Notes: generated from the letters alone by a model not told the origin. Counted from the stretch's first letter, positions 1 to 15,240 are shown. The stretch: DNA of 64,000 bases from Eledone cirrhosa (GCA_964016885.1 OZ024741.1:402442001-402506000); one strand, 5' to 3'. Made by a program: numbers and translations.

Positions 1-1120
1 CTCTGCTAAGATGCGAGTCCCTGTGAAAATTTTGTCGCGCCACTCCTGGCCCGACTGTGGTGTGACATTAATATCGACCTTCCTTCCTCTCTCTTTCTAT
101 CTTCCTTCTTGTAGCTATCAACCATTACTCTTTTACTTCTCTAAGCTAAATTTTAAAGTTCCAACTTTCTGTCGGACTGTTGGGTGGGTTTTAATGGCGG
201 CGCGACCAGCTCCGTGGCGAACGAGCTCACCTAGAGTGCTTGGAAAAATAAATTTCCCCTTCTTTCAGTAAATGAAAATACTCGGCGTGGCTTAATTCGC
301 CATGGGGCCCGGGGCGCGGCCGTTGTTTTAACCGCCAAATAGTACCTTTAAATTACAGAACAAATCGGAACTATTATATAATTAATTGTTAAACTGTTGA
401 ACTTTAAATTTTCTAACCTTTTTAATATTGAATATTGATTATTAAATGTTTTTAACTTCATCCTAGAAGTCTAAACACTGTAAAACACTGACTCCCAATA
501 TATCCATCTCCGCTAAGATGCGGGTCCCTGTGAAAATTTTCTCGCGCCACTTCTGGCTTGACTGTGGTCTGACATTAATATCGACCTTTCTTCCTCTTCC
601 TTTCTATCTTCCTTCTTGTAGCCATTAACCCTTACTTTTCTACTTCTCTCTTCCCTTCCTTCTCTCCTCCCCTCCTCCCTGCAGACTTATCTTCCTTCCC
701 CCTCTTGCTTGCCTATATCTGACCAGTAGTAGTTACCTTCCTCTTTTAGCTGACATTAACCCTGACTTCTCTTCTTCTTTCTTCCCCCTTCTTCTCCTTC
801 CTTTCTTTCTTTCTTTTACCTTGTGTCATGGGATCGACGTTAACCTATGCTCCCATCTCTTTCTGTTTTCGTTCATCTGACCGGTAGTAGCATACTATAA
901 AATTTAGCCACGTCACTCCAGGGCGACCAGCTGAGGTTGAAGGAACAGAATAGCGGTCGCCCTCGGGTCTCGATTTTCAGCCCCATGGATTTTACCTATT
1001 ACATTCACGTATTATATTTCGAATACCTGATGATATCACCGGATTCATACGGAACCCGGTCATTGAAATGATCATAGTATAATAAACCTTTCAAGGATTT
1101 ACACAAATCCAGCCTCCTGT
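1..1120 (+). mobile_element. Probable Penelope-like element terminal (pLTR/UTR) remnant with an internal ~140-bp direct duplication (1-140 vs ~509-645)
   Basis: ctc(t/c)gctaagatgcg(a/g)gtccctgtgaaaatttt... occurs twice about 510 bp apart; pyrimidine-rich tract ends in a hammerhead motif at 1023-1080; no coding part visible. Confidence 0.45.
1023..1080 (+). ncRNA. Type I hammerhead ribozyme motif
   Basis: ATAC-CTGATGA-[stem II ACCGG..TTC/GAA..CCGGT]-GAAA-TGATCA-TA-GTAT; stem I ATAC/GTAT, palindromic minimal stem III, AUA cleavage triplet. Confidence 0.75.
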
Positions 1121-1123
1121 CAT

Positions 1124-2902
1124 TTCATTATTATCATCATCATCATCATCATCACCGTTTTACGTCCGTTCTTCCACGCTAGCATGGGTTAGACGGGTTG
1201 TCCTGTTGTGGGCAGTGTCTGGTCGGCTGACCATGCCTTGCTCATACAGGAACTGATCTGGCTTGATTTCTACAGCTGGATGCCCTTCCTAACACCAACC
1301 TCATTTACAGTGAGTGCTGGGTGCTTTTTCGTGGCGCCTACACGTCCACTTTACAGTGTGGGCTGGGTGCTTTTTTGCCGTGGCACCTCCACGACCACCT
1401 TGCGGTGGGGGGGGGGGGCATATTGTTTATATGCTTCAGCATGTACCCATGGGAGGTCGGGTACCCTGTATTACTGCGTGACGCCAGAAGTCACGGTCGT
1501 GTGTCATTGACTTTGAGAGGTGTAGTTGGGTAAGGTCGGCTTTTATCACCTCATCCCAAGTCATCTTGGGTCTCCCCACTCCGCGGTTTCCATCAACTTC
1601 TAGTGCTCTGCACCTTTTTATGCAGCTGTCATCCTTCATACGCATCACATGTCCATACCAGCGTAACCGCCTCTCCTGCACGCAGCATTTGATTCCTCTT
1701 ATGCTCAGTCTCTCTCTCAATTCATTTATGCTTTGTCGTTCACGTATATTACTGTTACACATCCATCGGAGCATGCAGGCTTCGTTTCTCTCTAATCTAC
1801 GTAAGTCTTCCACCTTCAGCGCCCAGGTCTCACTACCATGCAACATCGCTGTTCGGATACACGCATCATACAGTCTGCCTTTCATTCAGAGGGAGAAGCC
1901 TTTTGCAGCTAGCAGTGGTAGTAGTTCCCTAAACTTCTTCCATCCCGTTCTTACCCTAGTTATTGTACTTTCTGAGCACCCACCTCCGTTGCTAATTCGG
2001 TCACCTAGGTAGCAGAAGCTGTCTACTGTTTCTACAGGGCCCTCCCAGAGATTGGTGGTACTTGTTTCCTGTGGCTGTTTGCTTGCTGTTTCAGCACAGC
2101 TGCTGCATGTGAATCCTACATTCTTAATTAAGCTTCCTGAGATCCCGCTACATCTCTTGTGTACCCATTGTTTGCATTTGGGGCAAAGGATGGAGTTCCT
2201 ACCTACACCTTTCCTACATACTGAGCAAGGCCATTTCCCTGAGGGGATCTGGGTTCTGTTTTCTCGTCTACTTATAAGGACCTTAGTCTTTGTCATGTTG
2301 ACTTTGAGGCCCTTTCTCTCTAGTCCCTGCTTCCAGGTTTGGAATTTATTCTCTAGTTCTACCATAGATTCAGCTATGAGTGCGAGGTCATCAGCATACA
2401 GGAGTTCCCATGGGCATCCGGTCTTAAACTCCTCCGTTATTGCCTGCAGGACTATGATGAACAGGAGAGGGCTAAGAACAGAGCCCTGGTGGACCCCAAC
2501 CTGTACGCTAAATTCCTCGCTATACTCATTGCCAATCCTAACTTTGCTGACTGCTCCCCTATACATGGCTTGTACCGCTTTCACAAGCCATTCATCTACT
2601 CCTAGTTTTCTAAGAGCCCACCAGATTACTGCACGTGGAACTCTGTCAAAGGCTTTCTCAAGGTCGACAAATGCCAAGTAGAGTGGCTTACTTTTAGCTA
2701 GGTACTTTTCCTGTAATTGCCTCACAAGGAAGAGCGCATCAGTGGTGCCTTTCCCTGGTACAAACCCAAATTGCATCTCGTCTATATTCACCCGGTCCCT
2801 AATCAGCTGTGCTATAACTCTTTCTGTTACTTTCATGACCTGGTCCATCAACTTTATACCTCTATAGTTTCCTCTATCTAGTGCATCGCCTTTACCTTTA
2901 CC
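1124..2902 (-). mobile_element. RTE-clade non-LTR retrotransposon, subfamily 2, 5'-truncated
   Basis: RT motifs FVDLEKAFDRV, GVHQGSVLSPLLF, LLYADD; C-terminal RRLRWYGHVMR and GRPKMTW; one in-frame stop at ~1886; (CAT)n at 1124-1153 is the (GAT)n tail. Confidence 0.95.
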
Positions 2903-3940
<1,038 letters not shown>

Positions 3941-4089
3941 AACCTCTGCTCCATCCCATATTCTACCCCCTACCCATCCATCATGCTGGTTCCTGCCCCC
4001 CCCCTCCCTCTCTATACATATAAGATAAAACCCTACCAAAATTAATCAAAATCGCCAACTCGCTATTTCTGGGATGGCTGTTCCCTTCG

Positions 4090-4696
4090 GTATAAAGTAA
4101 CGTTCAAATTTTTCTCGATTCTTCTCTCCATTCGAACCCATTCATTCAATCACTTCTATGTCCTAATTTCACACTATATCATATTTTCACCATTATATAT
4201 CATATTTTCCCTATCACCGCATTTTCTCTATCGTAATTTCTTAAACAAAACAAATCTTGTATTTTCGTTTATTGTTAAATTATGCCCAATTTTTTCTCGA
4301 TTCTTCTCTCCATTCGAACCCATTCATTCAATCACTTCTATGTCCTAATTTCACACTATATCGTATTTTCACCATTATATATCATATCTTTTCTCTAAAA
4401 ATCATATTTTCCCTATCACCGCATTTTCTCTATTGTAATTTCTTAAACAAAACAAATCTTGTATTTTCGTTTATTGTTAAATTATGCCCAATTTTTTCTC
4501 GATTCTTCTCTCCATTCGAACCCATTCATTCAATCACTTCTATGTCCTAATTTCACACTATATCGTATTTTCACCATTATATATCATATCTTTTCTCTAA
4601 AAATCATATTTTCCCTATCACCGCATTTTCTCTATTGTAATTTCTTAAACAAAACAAATCTTGTATTTTCGTTTATTGTTAAATCATGCCCAAAAT
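4090..4696 (+). repeat. ~202-bp tandem repeat, about 3 copies (first copy shorter)
   Basis: tttttctcgattcttctctccattcgaacccattc recurs at ~4109, ~4290 and ~4492; identical ORF starts at 4257 and 4459. Confidence 0.9.
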
Positions 4697-4697
4697 A

Positions 4698-7600
4698 CGG
4701 CGATCTTATCTTAAACCTTACATTCTCGCTAACAACCCATCATCCCTCCCCCCCGCCCCCACGCACCACCATTATTACGTGGACCAATCATAAGTCAGAG
4801 GCCCATACTATCGCTTAACTGGTTGCTTTTCGATATGATGGATGGACTACGGAATTCTGGAGAGTTGAAGAGAGAAAAATGTGGACGCTCAGCGACAATG
4901 CCAAAGATAAAGCCAAATTCACCTCGTGGACGAGAATGCAAGCACTCCTCCTTGTTTCGGCCCAGGATGGCTAACATAACCCCATCCCCCCCCCCCCCGC
5001 GCCCCACCGCTCCCACCCTCCAAACGCAATCCAAAACTTCAGAGTTGGTACCATGGATGTAGGCACCTTAAAGGGTCGCTCTAACGAGGTTGTAGAAATG
5101 CTTGAACGTAAGGAGGTCGATGTTTGTTGTATTCAAGAGACCAGGTGGAGGGGAGGGTCGGCTAGATTCATCGTGGGTAAAGAGCGATGCTATAAGCTTT
5201 TCTGGGTGGGAAATGACAATGGGTTGGGTGGGGTAGGAATCATGGTAGCAGAAAAGTGGGCAGATAAGATAATAGACGTAAATAGAGTGAACGACAGAAT
5301 AATTAAAATAAGACTTGTCCTCAATAAAACTACGGTGACAGTAATATCTGCGTACGCACCCCAATCCGGACAGCCCCGCGCTATAAAAGACAGATTCTAC
5401 GAGACACTGATGCTCGCTACCTCCCAAATAACCGACAGTGACTATATAGTTATTGCAGGCGACCTAAATGGTCACGTTGGACAACATTGTGACGGCTATG
5501 ACGGAATCCATGGAGGCTATGGGTTCGGTACTAGAAATGAGGAAGGCTCCAGAATCCTGGAATTCTGCGACGCAAATAACTTAACTATCTGTAACACTAA
5601 CTTCAAAAAACGAGACAATCACTTGATCACCTATAGATCGGGGGAACACACAAGCCAGGTAGATTATATCCTTACCAGAAGACGTGACAGAGTGTCTGTT
5701 GTTAACACTAAATCCCACCCCCATGAAGAATTCACCTCCCAACATAGACTGATAATTAGCGACCTCATAGTCAGGACGAGACGTACTAGACAGCGAAAGA
5801 GGACTATCCTCAGGAGAAAAATATGGAAGCTAAAGGACCCCATAGCCAGAAATAAATTTCAAAGCAAATTACTTGACGCTTTCGACAGTAAGGAAGAGCA
5901 ATTAGAGTCGTATAATATAGAGGAACAGTGGGAATTCCTGAGAGCAAACCTGCTGACGGCGGCAGACGAAGTCTGTGGCTGGAGCAGGCCTGTAGGTAGG
6001 AGGAGAGTAACATGGTGGTGGAACAGTAAGGTGGAGGAGTCAATTAAGGCCAAAAAGCAGGCTTGGAAAGTATGGCGGGATGGGGGAAGTAGAGAAGACT
6101 ATCAAGTGGCCAGGAGGGAAGCTAGGAGACAAGTGTACTTCGCAAGAAGGGAAGCAGAGGAAAGAAAGTTCAAGCATGTTCTACAACATGAGGACCAAAA
6201 ACGTGAGGTGTTCAGGATTGCCAGGCAATGTGTCAAGGAAAACCGTGATATTGTCGGGGAGAAGTGTGTACTTAACGATGATGGCATACTTGCCATCACC
6301 GACGCTGATAAGAAGGTAGCTTGGAAGTGTCACTACGAAAGGCTTCTAAATGAGGAGAACAAATGGGAGAAAGACAGTCTCCCCCAGATCGATCCAATAG
6401 AGGGACCAGCAGTGTTAGTTAAAGGTAGTATAATAAGTAAGGCAATCAAAGATATGAAGACGGGTAAGGCGGCTGGGCCTTCGGAAATAGTTGCTGAGAT
6501 GCTGAAGGCATCTGGTTCGGTGGGACACACCATGGTCACCCGGATAGTTAACCAAGTCGTACAGAATGGGGTTGTTCCGAAGGAATGGCGTAGCAGCATC
6601 ATCGTTAACTGCTATAAGGGAAAAGGAGATGCCCTAGATAGGAGTAACTATAGAGGCATTAAATTAATCGACCAGGTCATGAAGGTCACGGAAAAAGTAA
6701 TAGCGCAACTAATCAGAGAGAGAATTGATCTAGATGAAATGCAGTTCGGGTTTGTGTCAGGCAAAAGTACCACAGACGCTCTTTTCATTGTACGACAACT
6801 ACAGGAGAAGTACCTAGCTAAAAGTAAACCCCTATACTTAGCTTTTGTCGACTTGGAGAAAGCCTTCGACAGAGTCCCCCGTTCCATTATCTGGTGGTCT
6901 CTTAGAAAACTAGGTGTTGATGAATGGCTTGTGAGAGCTATACAAGCCATGTATAAAGAAACAGTCAGTAAGGTTAGAATTAACAACGAATATAGTGAAG
7001 AGTTTAGCGTAAAAGTTGGTGTCCATCAGGGCTCTGTACTTAGCCCCCTACTATTTATTATTGCCCTTCAGGCTATAACAGAGGAGTTCAAGACCGGCTG
7101 CCCATGGGAACTCCTATACGCAGATGATCTAACGCTCATAGCTGAATCAATGACCGAACTAGAGAAGAAATTCCAAACGTGGAAGCACGGCCTAGAATCA
7201 AAAGGCCTTAAAATTAACCTGGCTAAGACTAAAGTTCTAGTTTGTAGGAAAGAAAATAAGGCGGCGGTCCCATCGGGGAAATGGCCATGCTCAGTGTGTA
7301 GGAAAGGCGTAGGTAGAAACTCCATTTTATGTCCCAAATGCAAAGTATGGGTGCATAAAAGATGTAGTGGGATCACAGGTAAGCTAACTAAGAACATAGA
7401 TTTTACATGTGGCCGGTGCTCTGGTGCAATAAGTAGCAGCAAGTGCCCACAAAATACTAGCTCCTTCAACTGCGCAGAGGGTTCTATAGAAATAGTGGAC
7501 AGCTTCCGTTATCTGGGTGACAAAATCAGCAGTGGGGGAGGGTGCTCTGAAAGTACAGTAGCTAGAGTCAGAACTGGATGGAAAAAGTTCAGAGAGCTTA

Positions 7601-8584
7601 TACCTCTATTAGCCGCTAGAGGGTTCTCCCTAAAAATGAAAGGCAGGTTATACGATGCCTGCATACGAACAGCAATGCTGCATGGCGGTGAGACCTGGGC
7701 ATTGTGTGCAGAGGATATATACACAGACTAGAGAGAAACGAAGCTTGCATGCTCCGCTGGATGTGTAATAGTAATATACGTGAACGGCAAAGCATAAACG
7801 AACTAAGGAAAAAATTAGAAATAAGAGGGATCAGATGTTGTTTACTCGAGAGAAGGCTACGTTGGTACGGTCACGTGATGCGCATGAAAGACGACAGCTG
7901 TATAACAAAGTGCAGGGCAATAAAGATAGACGGTAGCCACGGAGTAGGCAGACCCAGAAAAACATGGGACGAGCTGATAAATTCCGACCTCACACGCTTA
8001 CACCTCTCCAAGACAATGTCACTGGACCGAGACCTTTGGCGGTACTCAGTAATAGAGAAGACCCGCCTTACCTAAATACAAAGTAAAAACCTACTACAGT
8101 CAGTAGGCATCTCTATCAAAACACACCCCCGTCCCACCACCTCCACCCCACCCACACCGCCCCTTTCAATGTAAAGTTATGTTGGTCCCACAACATCCAG
8201 GCCGAAACAAATGAGATCGTGTAGGTGTCACGACAAAAAACACACAGTCCACGCTGTAAATGTGGCCGTGTAGGCAACACGGTAAAAACCTCCCAGCCCC
8301 ACACTGTAAATGTGGTTGGTGTTAGGAAGGGCATCCAGCTGTAGAAAACCCGCCAGACAGTCCACGCTGTAATGTGGCCGTGTAGGCAACACGGTAAAAA
8401 CCTCCCAGCCCCACACTGTAAATGTGGTTGGTGTTAGGAAGGGCATCCAACTGTAGAAAACCCGCCAGACAGTCCTATGCGAGCAAGACAACCACTCTTG
8501 CCTCAAGTGGGAAAACCCCCGTCCAAACCCATGCAAGCGTGGAACACGGACGCTAAACCTGATGATGATGATGATGATGATGAT
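4698..8584 (+). mobile_element. Full-length RTE-clade LINE, subfamily 1 (copy A)
   Basis: APE endonuclease (CIQETRW, AYAPQ, GDLNGH, QVDYIL, SQHRLI) plus RT (LEKAFDRV, HQGSVLSP, YADD); same 5' start as copy B; 3' UTR with ~115-bp duplication and (GAT)n tail. Confidence 0.96.
5053..8075 (+). pseudogene. RTE ORF (APE-RT with PHD-type insert), frameshifted
   Basis: 892-aa ORF 5053-7731 continues in ORF 7704-8075 after a 2-bp insertion (gatatatacac vs gatatacgc in copy B); the N-terminus is cut off by a frameshift at the poly-C tract (~4990). Confidence 0.9.
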
Positions 8585-8728
8585 ACAATATATATATATA
8601 TATATATATACAATATATATATATATATATATATACAATATATATATATATATATATATATACAATATATATATATATATATATATACAATATATATATA
8701 TATATATATATACAATATATATATATAT

Positions 8729-8807
<79 letters not shown>

Positions 8808-8839
8808 ATATATATATATATATATACAATATATATATA

Positions 8840-8898
<59 letters not shown>

Positions 8899-8946
8899 AT
8901 ATATATATATATATACAATATATATACAATATATATATATATATAT

Positions 8947-9000
<54 letters not shown>

Positions 9001-9597
9001 ATATATATATATATATATACAATATATATATATATATATACAATATATATATATATATATACAATATATATATATATATATACAATATATATATATATAT
9101 ATACAATATATATATATATATATATACAATATATATATATATATATACAATATATATATATATACAATATATATATATATACAATATATATATATATACA
9201 ATATATATATATATATATATATATACAATATATATATATATATATATACAATATATATATATATATATATACAATATATATATATATACAATATATATAT
9301 ATATATATACAATACAATATATATATATATATACAATATATATATATATATATATACAATATATATATATATATATATATACAATATATATATATATATA
9401 TATACAATATATATATATATATACACAATATATATATATATATATACAATATATATATATATATATATATACAATATATATATATATATATATATACAAT
9501 ATATATATATATATATATATATACAATATATATATATATATATATATACAATATATATATATATATATATATACAATATATATATATATATATATAT

Positions 9598-9633
<36 letters not shown>

Positions 9634-9801
9634 ATATAGATATATATACAATATATATATATATATATATATATACAATATATATATATATATGTATACA
9701 ATATATATATATATATATATATATACAATATATATATATATATATATATATACAATATATATATATATATATATGTATACAATATATATATATATATATA
9801 T
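8585..9801. repeat. (TA)n microsatellite with CAA interruptions
   Basis: Directly visible. Confidence 0.97.
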
Positions 9802-10081
9802 ATTATTATTATGTAATAAACAACATAAGGCAATTATTCCATTTACCAGTGGTTTCTTAAAAGCAAAAGGTTTTGCTTTCAATCCTCAGAATGAAAAATC
9901 CTGGTTTGTTTATTGAATATGGATTCTAAAAACAAAAATGCAATCTATATGAAAGTGAGGCTGGAAAAGGGAGAAGGAAAGGAAAAATAAAATAAAACTA
10001 CACATGCAAACACACACAAAAAAACACAAAAGCATACTTACACACACATACACACATATACACACATATACACATACATAC

Positions 10082-10119
<38 letters not shown>

Positions 10120-10136
10120 ACACATATATATATACA

Positions 10137-10201
<65 letters not shown>

Positions 10202-10362
10202 GTGTGTGTACAAGCATACACATACACACACATATATATATATACACATACATACATTCACACAAACATACAACGTACATACATACACATACATGAATGC
10301 ACTCCACTACATATTCACACACGCAAATAAATATAAGAAAAAAATATATAAATATATATTAA
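9802..10362 (-). mobile_element. Inverted Penelope-like terminal repeat (reverse complement of 15765-16413)
   Basis: Near-identical reverse complement, including the hammerhead and the CA/TA-rich segment. Confidence 0.85.
9837..9896 (-). ncRNA. Type I hammerhead ribozyme (same sequence as 16319-16378)
   Basis: Reverse complement reads TTTCATT-CTGAGGA-TTGAAAGCAAAA-CC-TTTTGCTTTTAA-GAAA-CCACTGG-TA-AATGGAA. Confidence 0.85.
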
Positions 10363-10429
10363 AATATTAAAAAAATAATGAATAAAACAATGAAACAGTT
10401 CCTTATATTAAACAAAAAAAGTTCATTAT

Positions 10430-11603
10430 TTTAAACCCTATCATAAACCTAATGAAAATCTTAGGTATATACACAAAGAGTCTTGCCATCCCCCTATAGT
10501 TTTTAATAATCTTATTCCTAACATTAGCCGTAGGATTTCTACCTTATCTTCGTCTATAGACATTTTTAATAACGCCGCCCCTTATTATAATAAAGCCCTT
10601 AAGAACAGCGGTTTTACAGAAAATATTTCTTATTTACCTACTCCCCCCCCCCCCTAAAACTAACCATAATAACAGGAAAAGGAAGATTATTTGGTTCACA
10701 CCCCACTTCTCTCTAAATGTCAAAACTAATGTAGGAAGGAAATTCCTTGAACTATTAGACAAACATTTTCCTCCTATTCATAGATATTATAAGATTTTTA
10801 ATAGGAATGTAGTTAAGATCAGCTACTCTTGTTGCCCATCCATGAAGTCCAAAATCACCAGTTCAAACCGTACGAGGATAAATCCAGGATGCAGTTGCAG
10901 GAAGCCGGATGAATGCCCATTGCAGGGTAAATGTAACACAAAATCTGTCGTTTATGAGGCTAAGATAACGCCAGTTATCAACAACCAGCCAGCCAGAAGT
11001 GAGCGATATGTCGGTATGACCCAGGACAGGTTTAAAACCAGATTTTACTCACATGTCGCTTCTTTTAAACACTCAGTTAAACGAACATCAACGGCCCTCG
11101 CAAGTAAGGTATGGGATCTCAAGGATAGTAATATCCCGTACTCTATTGATTGGTCTATATTAGACCATTCGAGGGAGTACCAAAGGGGCACAAAGAATTG
11201 TTCTTTGTGTACCACAGAAAAGTATAGGATTTTGCTAAACTTGAGAGCCACTTCCGCTTGCCTTAACTCAAAGACTGAGATCTTCAGATGCTGTCCTCAT
11301 CTGAAATCACATCTGATCTGTAACTGGATTGACACTCCTACGATAAATCAACCGCCTTGAACTCCTTCTCTGCTCTTTACTTTTGCTACGGTTTTTATTT
11401 TGCTGATTCTACCTTCTGTACTCTTGTATATTTAAAAAAATTTTTCTCCCTTACCTCCCCTTATATTTTTACCTCCTCTTAGCCCCCCCCCCCCATATAT
11501 TCTTTTTGTTTTGCCCTTCACATACCTATGTGTATGTGTATGTATTTTTGTGTGTATATATATATGTGTATATATGTATGTATATGTTTGTGTATATATA
11601 TAT

Positions 11604-11649
<46 letters not shown>

Positions 11650-11860
11650 ATGTGTGTATATAATTGTATATTTGTGTGTGTATATGTATGTATATGTGGA
11701 TAAACCAGCCTTTTTTTCATTCTGAAGATTGAAGGAAACTTTTTTTGCTTTTAAGAAACCTCTGGTGAATGGATTAATTGCCTTGTATGGCTTTATTACT
11801 TTACTACTATATATACGTTTATGTAAGGTTCATTTGTCTTATCTAATACTGAGCTTTACA
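10430..11860 (+). mobile_element. Penelope-like element (Naiad-type), 5'-truncated: RT thumb, CxC zinc motif, GIY-YIG endonuclease, 3' UTR
   Basis: KPYHKPN..HPP, RKIIWF, CSCRKPDECPLQGKC, VVYEAK...YVGMT..FKTRFYSH, CSLCTTEK; ORF ends 11360; hammerhead at 11716. Confidence 0.9.
11716..11773 (+). ncRNA. Hammerhead ribozyme motif, degenerate (GUG triplet)
   Basis: TTCATT-CTGAAGA-TTGAAG...CTTTTAA-GAAA-CCTCTGG-TG-AATGGA; homologous to 16319-16378. Confidence 0.7.
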
Positions 11861-11915
11861 CATACACACATGTATATGTGTGTGTGTATGTGTATGCATG
11901 TGTGTATGTGTACGT

Positions 11916-11978
<63 letters not shown>

Positions 11979-11979
<1 letters not shown>

Positions 11980-14900
11980 GTTTTAGTCCACTCTGACAAA
12001 ACCAATAACCTATATGGTATTTCCAAGGATAATTATAACAACCTTATCCTAAAGGAACTTAGGAAAAAGTATCGTAAAACCAACCATGAAAATTTAGAAT
12101 GCATAAACCTTGAAGCCTATGAGATTATGTCAAAACTTGGCATTGAAAAAAAGACCGAACCATTCCTCCCAAGAACTCCGAGGATAAATCTCAAGGATCA
12201 CAAAAACAATTTTCGCACTGAACTACCTGTTAGATTAATCGCCCCCTCTAAATCTGATCTGGGGGTTGTTAGTAAAGCCATCTTGGATAGGATTATCCCA
12301 CAGGTTAGTTCTAATTGCTCTTCTTTAAACCTAAATTTATGGTTTGGTACTTCTGAAGTGATTGGCTGGTTCAACAAATTGGATAATAAAAACAAACTAA
12401 AATTTATTCAATTTGATATTGCCAGCTACTATTCCTCCATTTCGCCTTCACTTCTCAATAATGCTCTATCTTTCGCACTTAAATATTCTGACATCACCAC
12501 AGATGAACTTCACATCATCCTCACCGCACGTAAAACCATCCTAGAGTTCAACAACGAATATTGGACCAGAGCCGATACCTCTAACAACTTCGACATCACA
12601 ATGGGAGCATCCGATTCATCCCAATTGACTGATTTAATTGGTATCTTCATTTTGAACTCTTTGAGTCGGAAAATTCCTCAACTTCGCGGTGGAATTTATC
12701 GTGACGATGGACTCTTTACTATCCTAAATTGCAATATAGTTAAACTTAATATTATTAAGAACAATATACGTAATCTCTTTAACCAACATAACCTAAAAAT
12801 TGAATTTGATAATAGTATCAAACTAGCTAATTTCTTGGATGTATCTCTTAATCTTGACACTGGCCTATATTACCCTTACCATAAAAACAATGAGAACCTT
12901 AATTATGTTAACTTTAAATCTAACCATCCTACCAATATCAAGAATGCTATAGTTAATAATATTGGAAATAGAATATCTAACATATCTTCTAATAAAAACA
13001 TCTTTGATGCTAACGCCAATTACTATAATAACGCACTTTCTAAAGCCGGCTATCCAGATAAAATCAAATATAATAAAGAAACAAATTCTAGAAAAACTTA
13101 CAGTAGAATAATTAATCATGACCATTCCAATAATTTTAATAAAAGACCTAGATACAAAAACATAATCTGGTATAATGCTCCTTTCTCCATCTCTATTAAT
13201 AACAATATTCCTAAATTATTTTTTAGTGCCTTAAATAAATGCTTCCCTCCCTCACATATCTATAGTAAAATATTTAACAAACACACCATCACATTTTCGT
13301 ATTCTACATCCTCCAATATTTCCAACATCATCTCTAAACACAACAACAAAATATTAAATACTAAATCTCTTCCTTCCAATATTGAATTTCATAATAACAG
13401 TAATAAATAGTACTCCCGACGTCATTGTAAACCCTAGGCTAACTTCTGTAAACCCAAATACAACGTCAAACACAACTTCGCTAAATGTTCATAATCCAAC
13501 TCTAAATCAAGAAACTATTATTCCTATTATTCCTATCGCAAACAACTTCTCCAATCCAATTCCTTCTATAGATAACACTAGTTCACTCATTAATAATCTC
13601 TCTAATTGCAACTGCCGCATTAAAAATAAATGTCCTCTCAACAACCATTGCCTCGATAAAAACTTAATTTATGAATGTAAAATTATAACTAGCACCAATT
13701 CCTTCACCTATTTTGGCTCCACTTCCACCTCTTTTAAAGCTCGTCTCTATAATCATCATTCATCTTTCAAATACAAACTTAAAAGAACTAACACTGCTCT
13801 CTCAGAACTCATATGGTCCTTAAAAGACAAAAACATTAAATATACCATCTTTTGGAAGAAGATTTCTTCTGCATCCTCATACTTGAACAGCTCTCTATCT
13901 AAAATCTGTAATCTCTGCCTAAATGAAAAATTTACCATTATCTCTAACCTAGATTCTATAATAAATAGACGCTCAGATTTGTTTTCTATCTGCCTGCATA
14001 AATTCCATAGAACTTTTCACAAAGTATACAGTTAATATTCAATTCTTTATCAATTTAGAATCTTTTCTCAAAGGCACATATACATACACCTCTTTAAAAT
14101 ATACCCATCTACCTTACTTTAAAGGGCATTATACACTCTATAATACTCGTTTACTCATTACCCTCATTCTATCTTCTCGTAAAATCATAACATTTGTTTT
14201 TCACATTTGAATATTCATCCGCAATCATTATTATTTTTTCTCTCTATCATAAATCTTTTTAATCTCAATTTCATCCTTAATTTATTATTATTTTTTTCTC
14301 CCCATCAACGAACTCATTATTAATACATATTAACTCTTTATTCGCACATACTATCAATTCAATCAATATACAAACTTTAACTTTACATTATTTTTCTCAA
14401 ATCCTTCTACACACAAACCTTAACAATTTTTCTCTTCGCTAATTTTGAAATTGCCACAATACATACATTTCTTCTTTTGACGTTAGAATATTCACCCACA
14501 ATTATTATTTTTTTCTCTCTATCTTCATACATAATTTCCCTTCGTTAATTTTCAAATTCCTTTAATTTATACATTACCTTCCAACGGTTCCCAACCTCTC
14601 TATATTAAAACAATATATCTTTTTCTCAGTTATAAAAACTATCTCTTTCTCTCTATCACCCATCTCTCCCTCTCCACCTTCACTCTCATCTCCTCCCCCT
14701 TTTTTTCATCCTTTCCACCCCCCCCCTCCCTAAATAAAATATTTTTTCCTCGCACATATCCTCCCTTCGTTAATTTTCAAAATTTTTAATTTATACAGTA
14801 TCTTCCAACGGTTTTCAACCTCTCTATGTAAAAAATATATCTCCTCTCAGTTATAAAAACTATCTCTTTCTCTCTATCACCCATCTCTCCCTCTCATCTC

Positions 14901-15238
14901 CTTCCCTTTTCATCCTTTCCCCCCCCCCTCTCTAAATAAAATATTTTTCCCAATATCACACATCAATCTAAAACCACTTTTTATATGTTGATTTAAAACT
15001 GCACTATCCACAAGTGTTTTTTAGCCTTCATATCATGTTCTCCTGTTTTATCTGATGAAAACACAAATATTATTGCTTGATGATGTTTGTTTTTGAAATG
15101 CGCATAATAAAATATATGGAACTCTTTTAACCATCCTTTGATCTTATATTATGCATACTCCAGTCCCACAAATTGTAGAGTGCTTCTTATCCGATATCTG
15201 CATTGCTTTATTGTACTACAATAAAACTCACCTCCTAC

Positions 15239-15240
<2 letters not shown>
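11979..15240 (+). mobile_element. Penelope-like element (Naiad-type): RT, GIY-YIG, long 3' UTR with hammerhead
   Basis: HSDKTNNLY, LKDHKNNF, RLIAPSKSDLG, QFDIASYY, MGASDS, GIYRDDGL, NFLDV; after one frameshift CNCRIKNKCPL, LIYECK..YFGST, CNLCLNEK; flanked by TA repeats. Confidence 0.93.
15046..15112 (+). ncRNA. Type I hammerhead ribozyme
   Basis: TTTTAT-CTGATGA-AAACACAAATATTATT-GCTT-GATGATGTTTGTTTTT-GAAA-TGCGCA-TA-ATAAAA; 6-bp stem I, 16-bp stem II with one mismatch, palindromic stem III. Confidence 0.88.

Noticed and set aside
4722-4975. HDV-like ribozyme at the RTE 5' end (ATTCTCG pairs with CGAGAAT after ttc-acctcgt-gga)
   Set aside because: No convincing P2 or J4/2 with a catalytic C, and the shared 5' end lies ~24 nt upstream of the implied cut site
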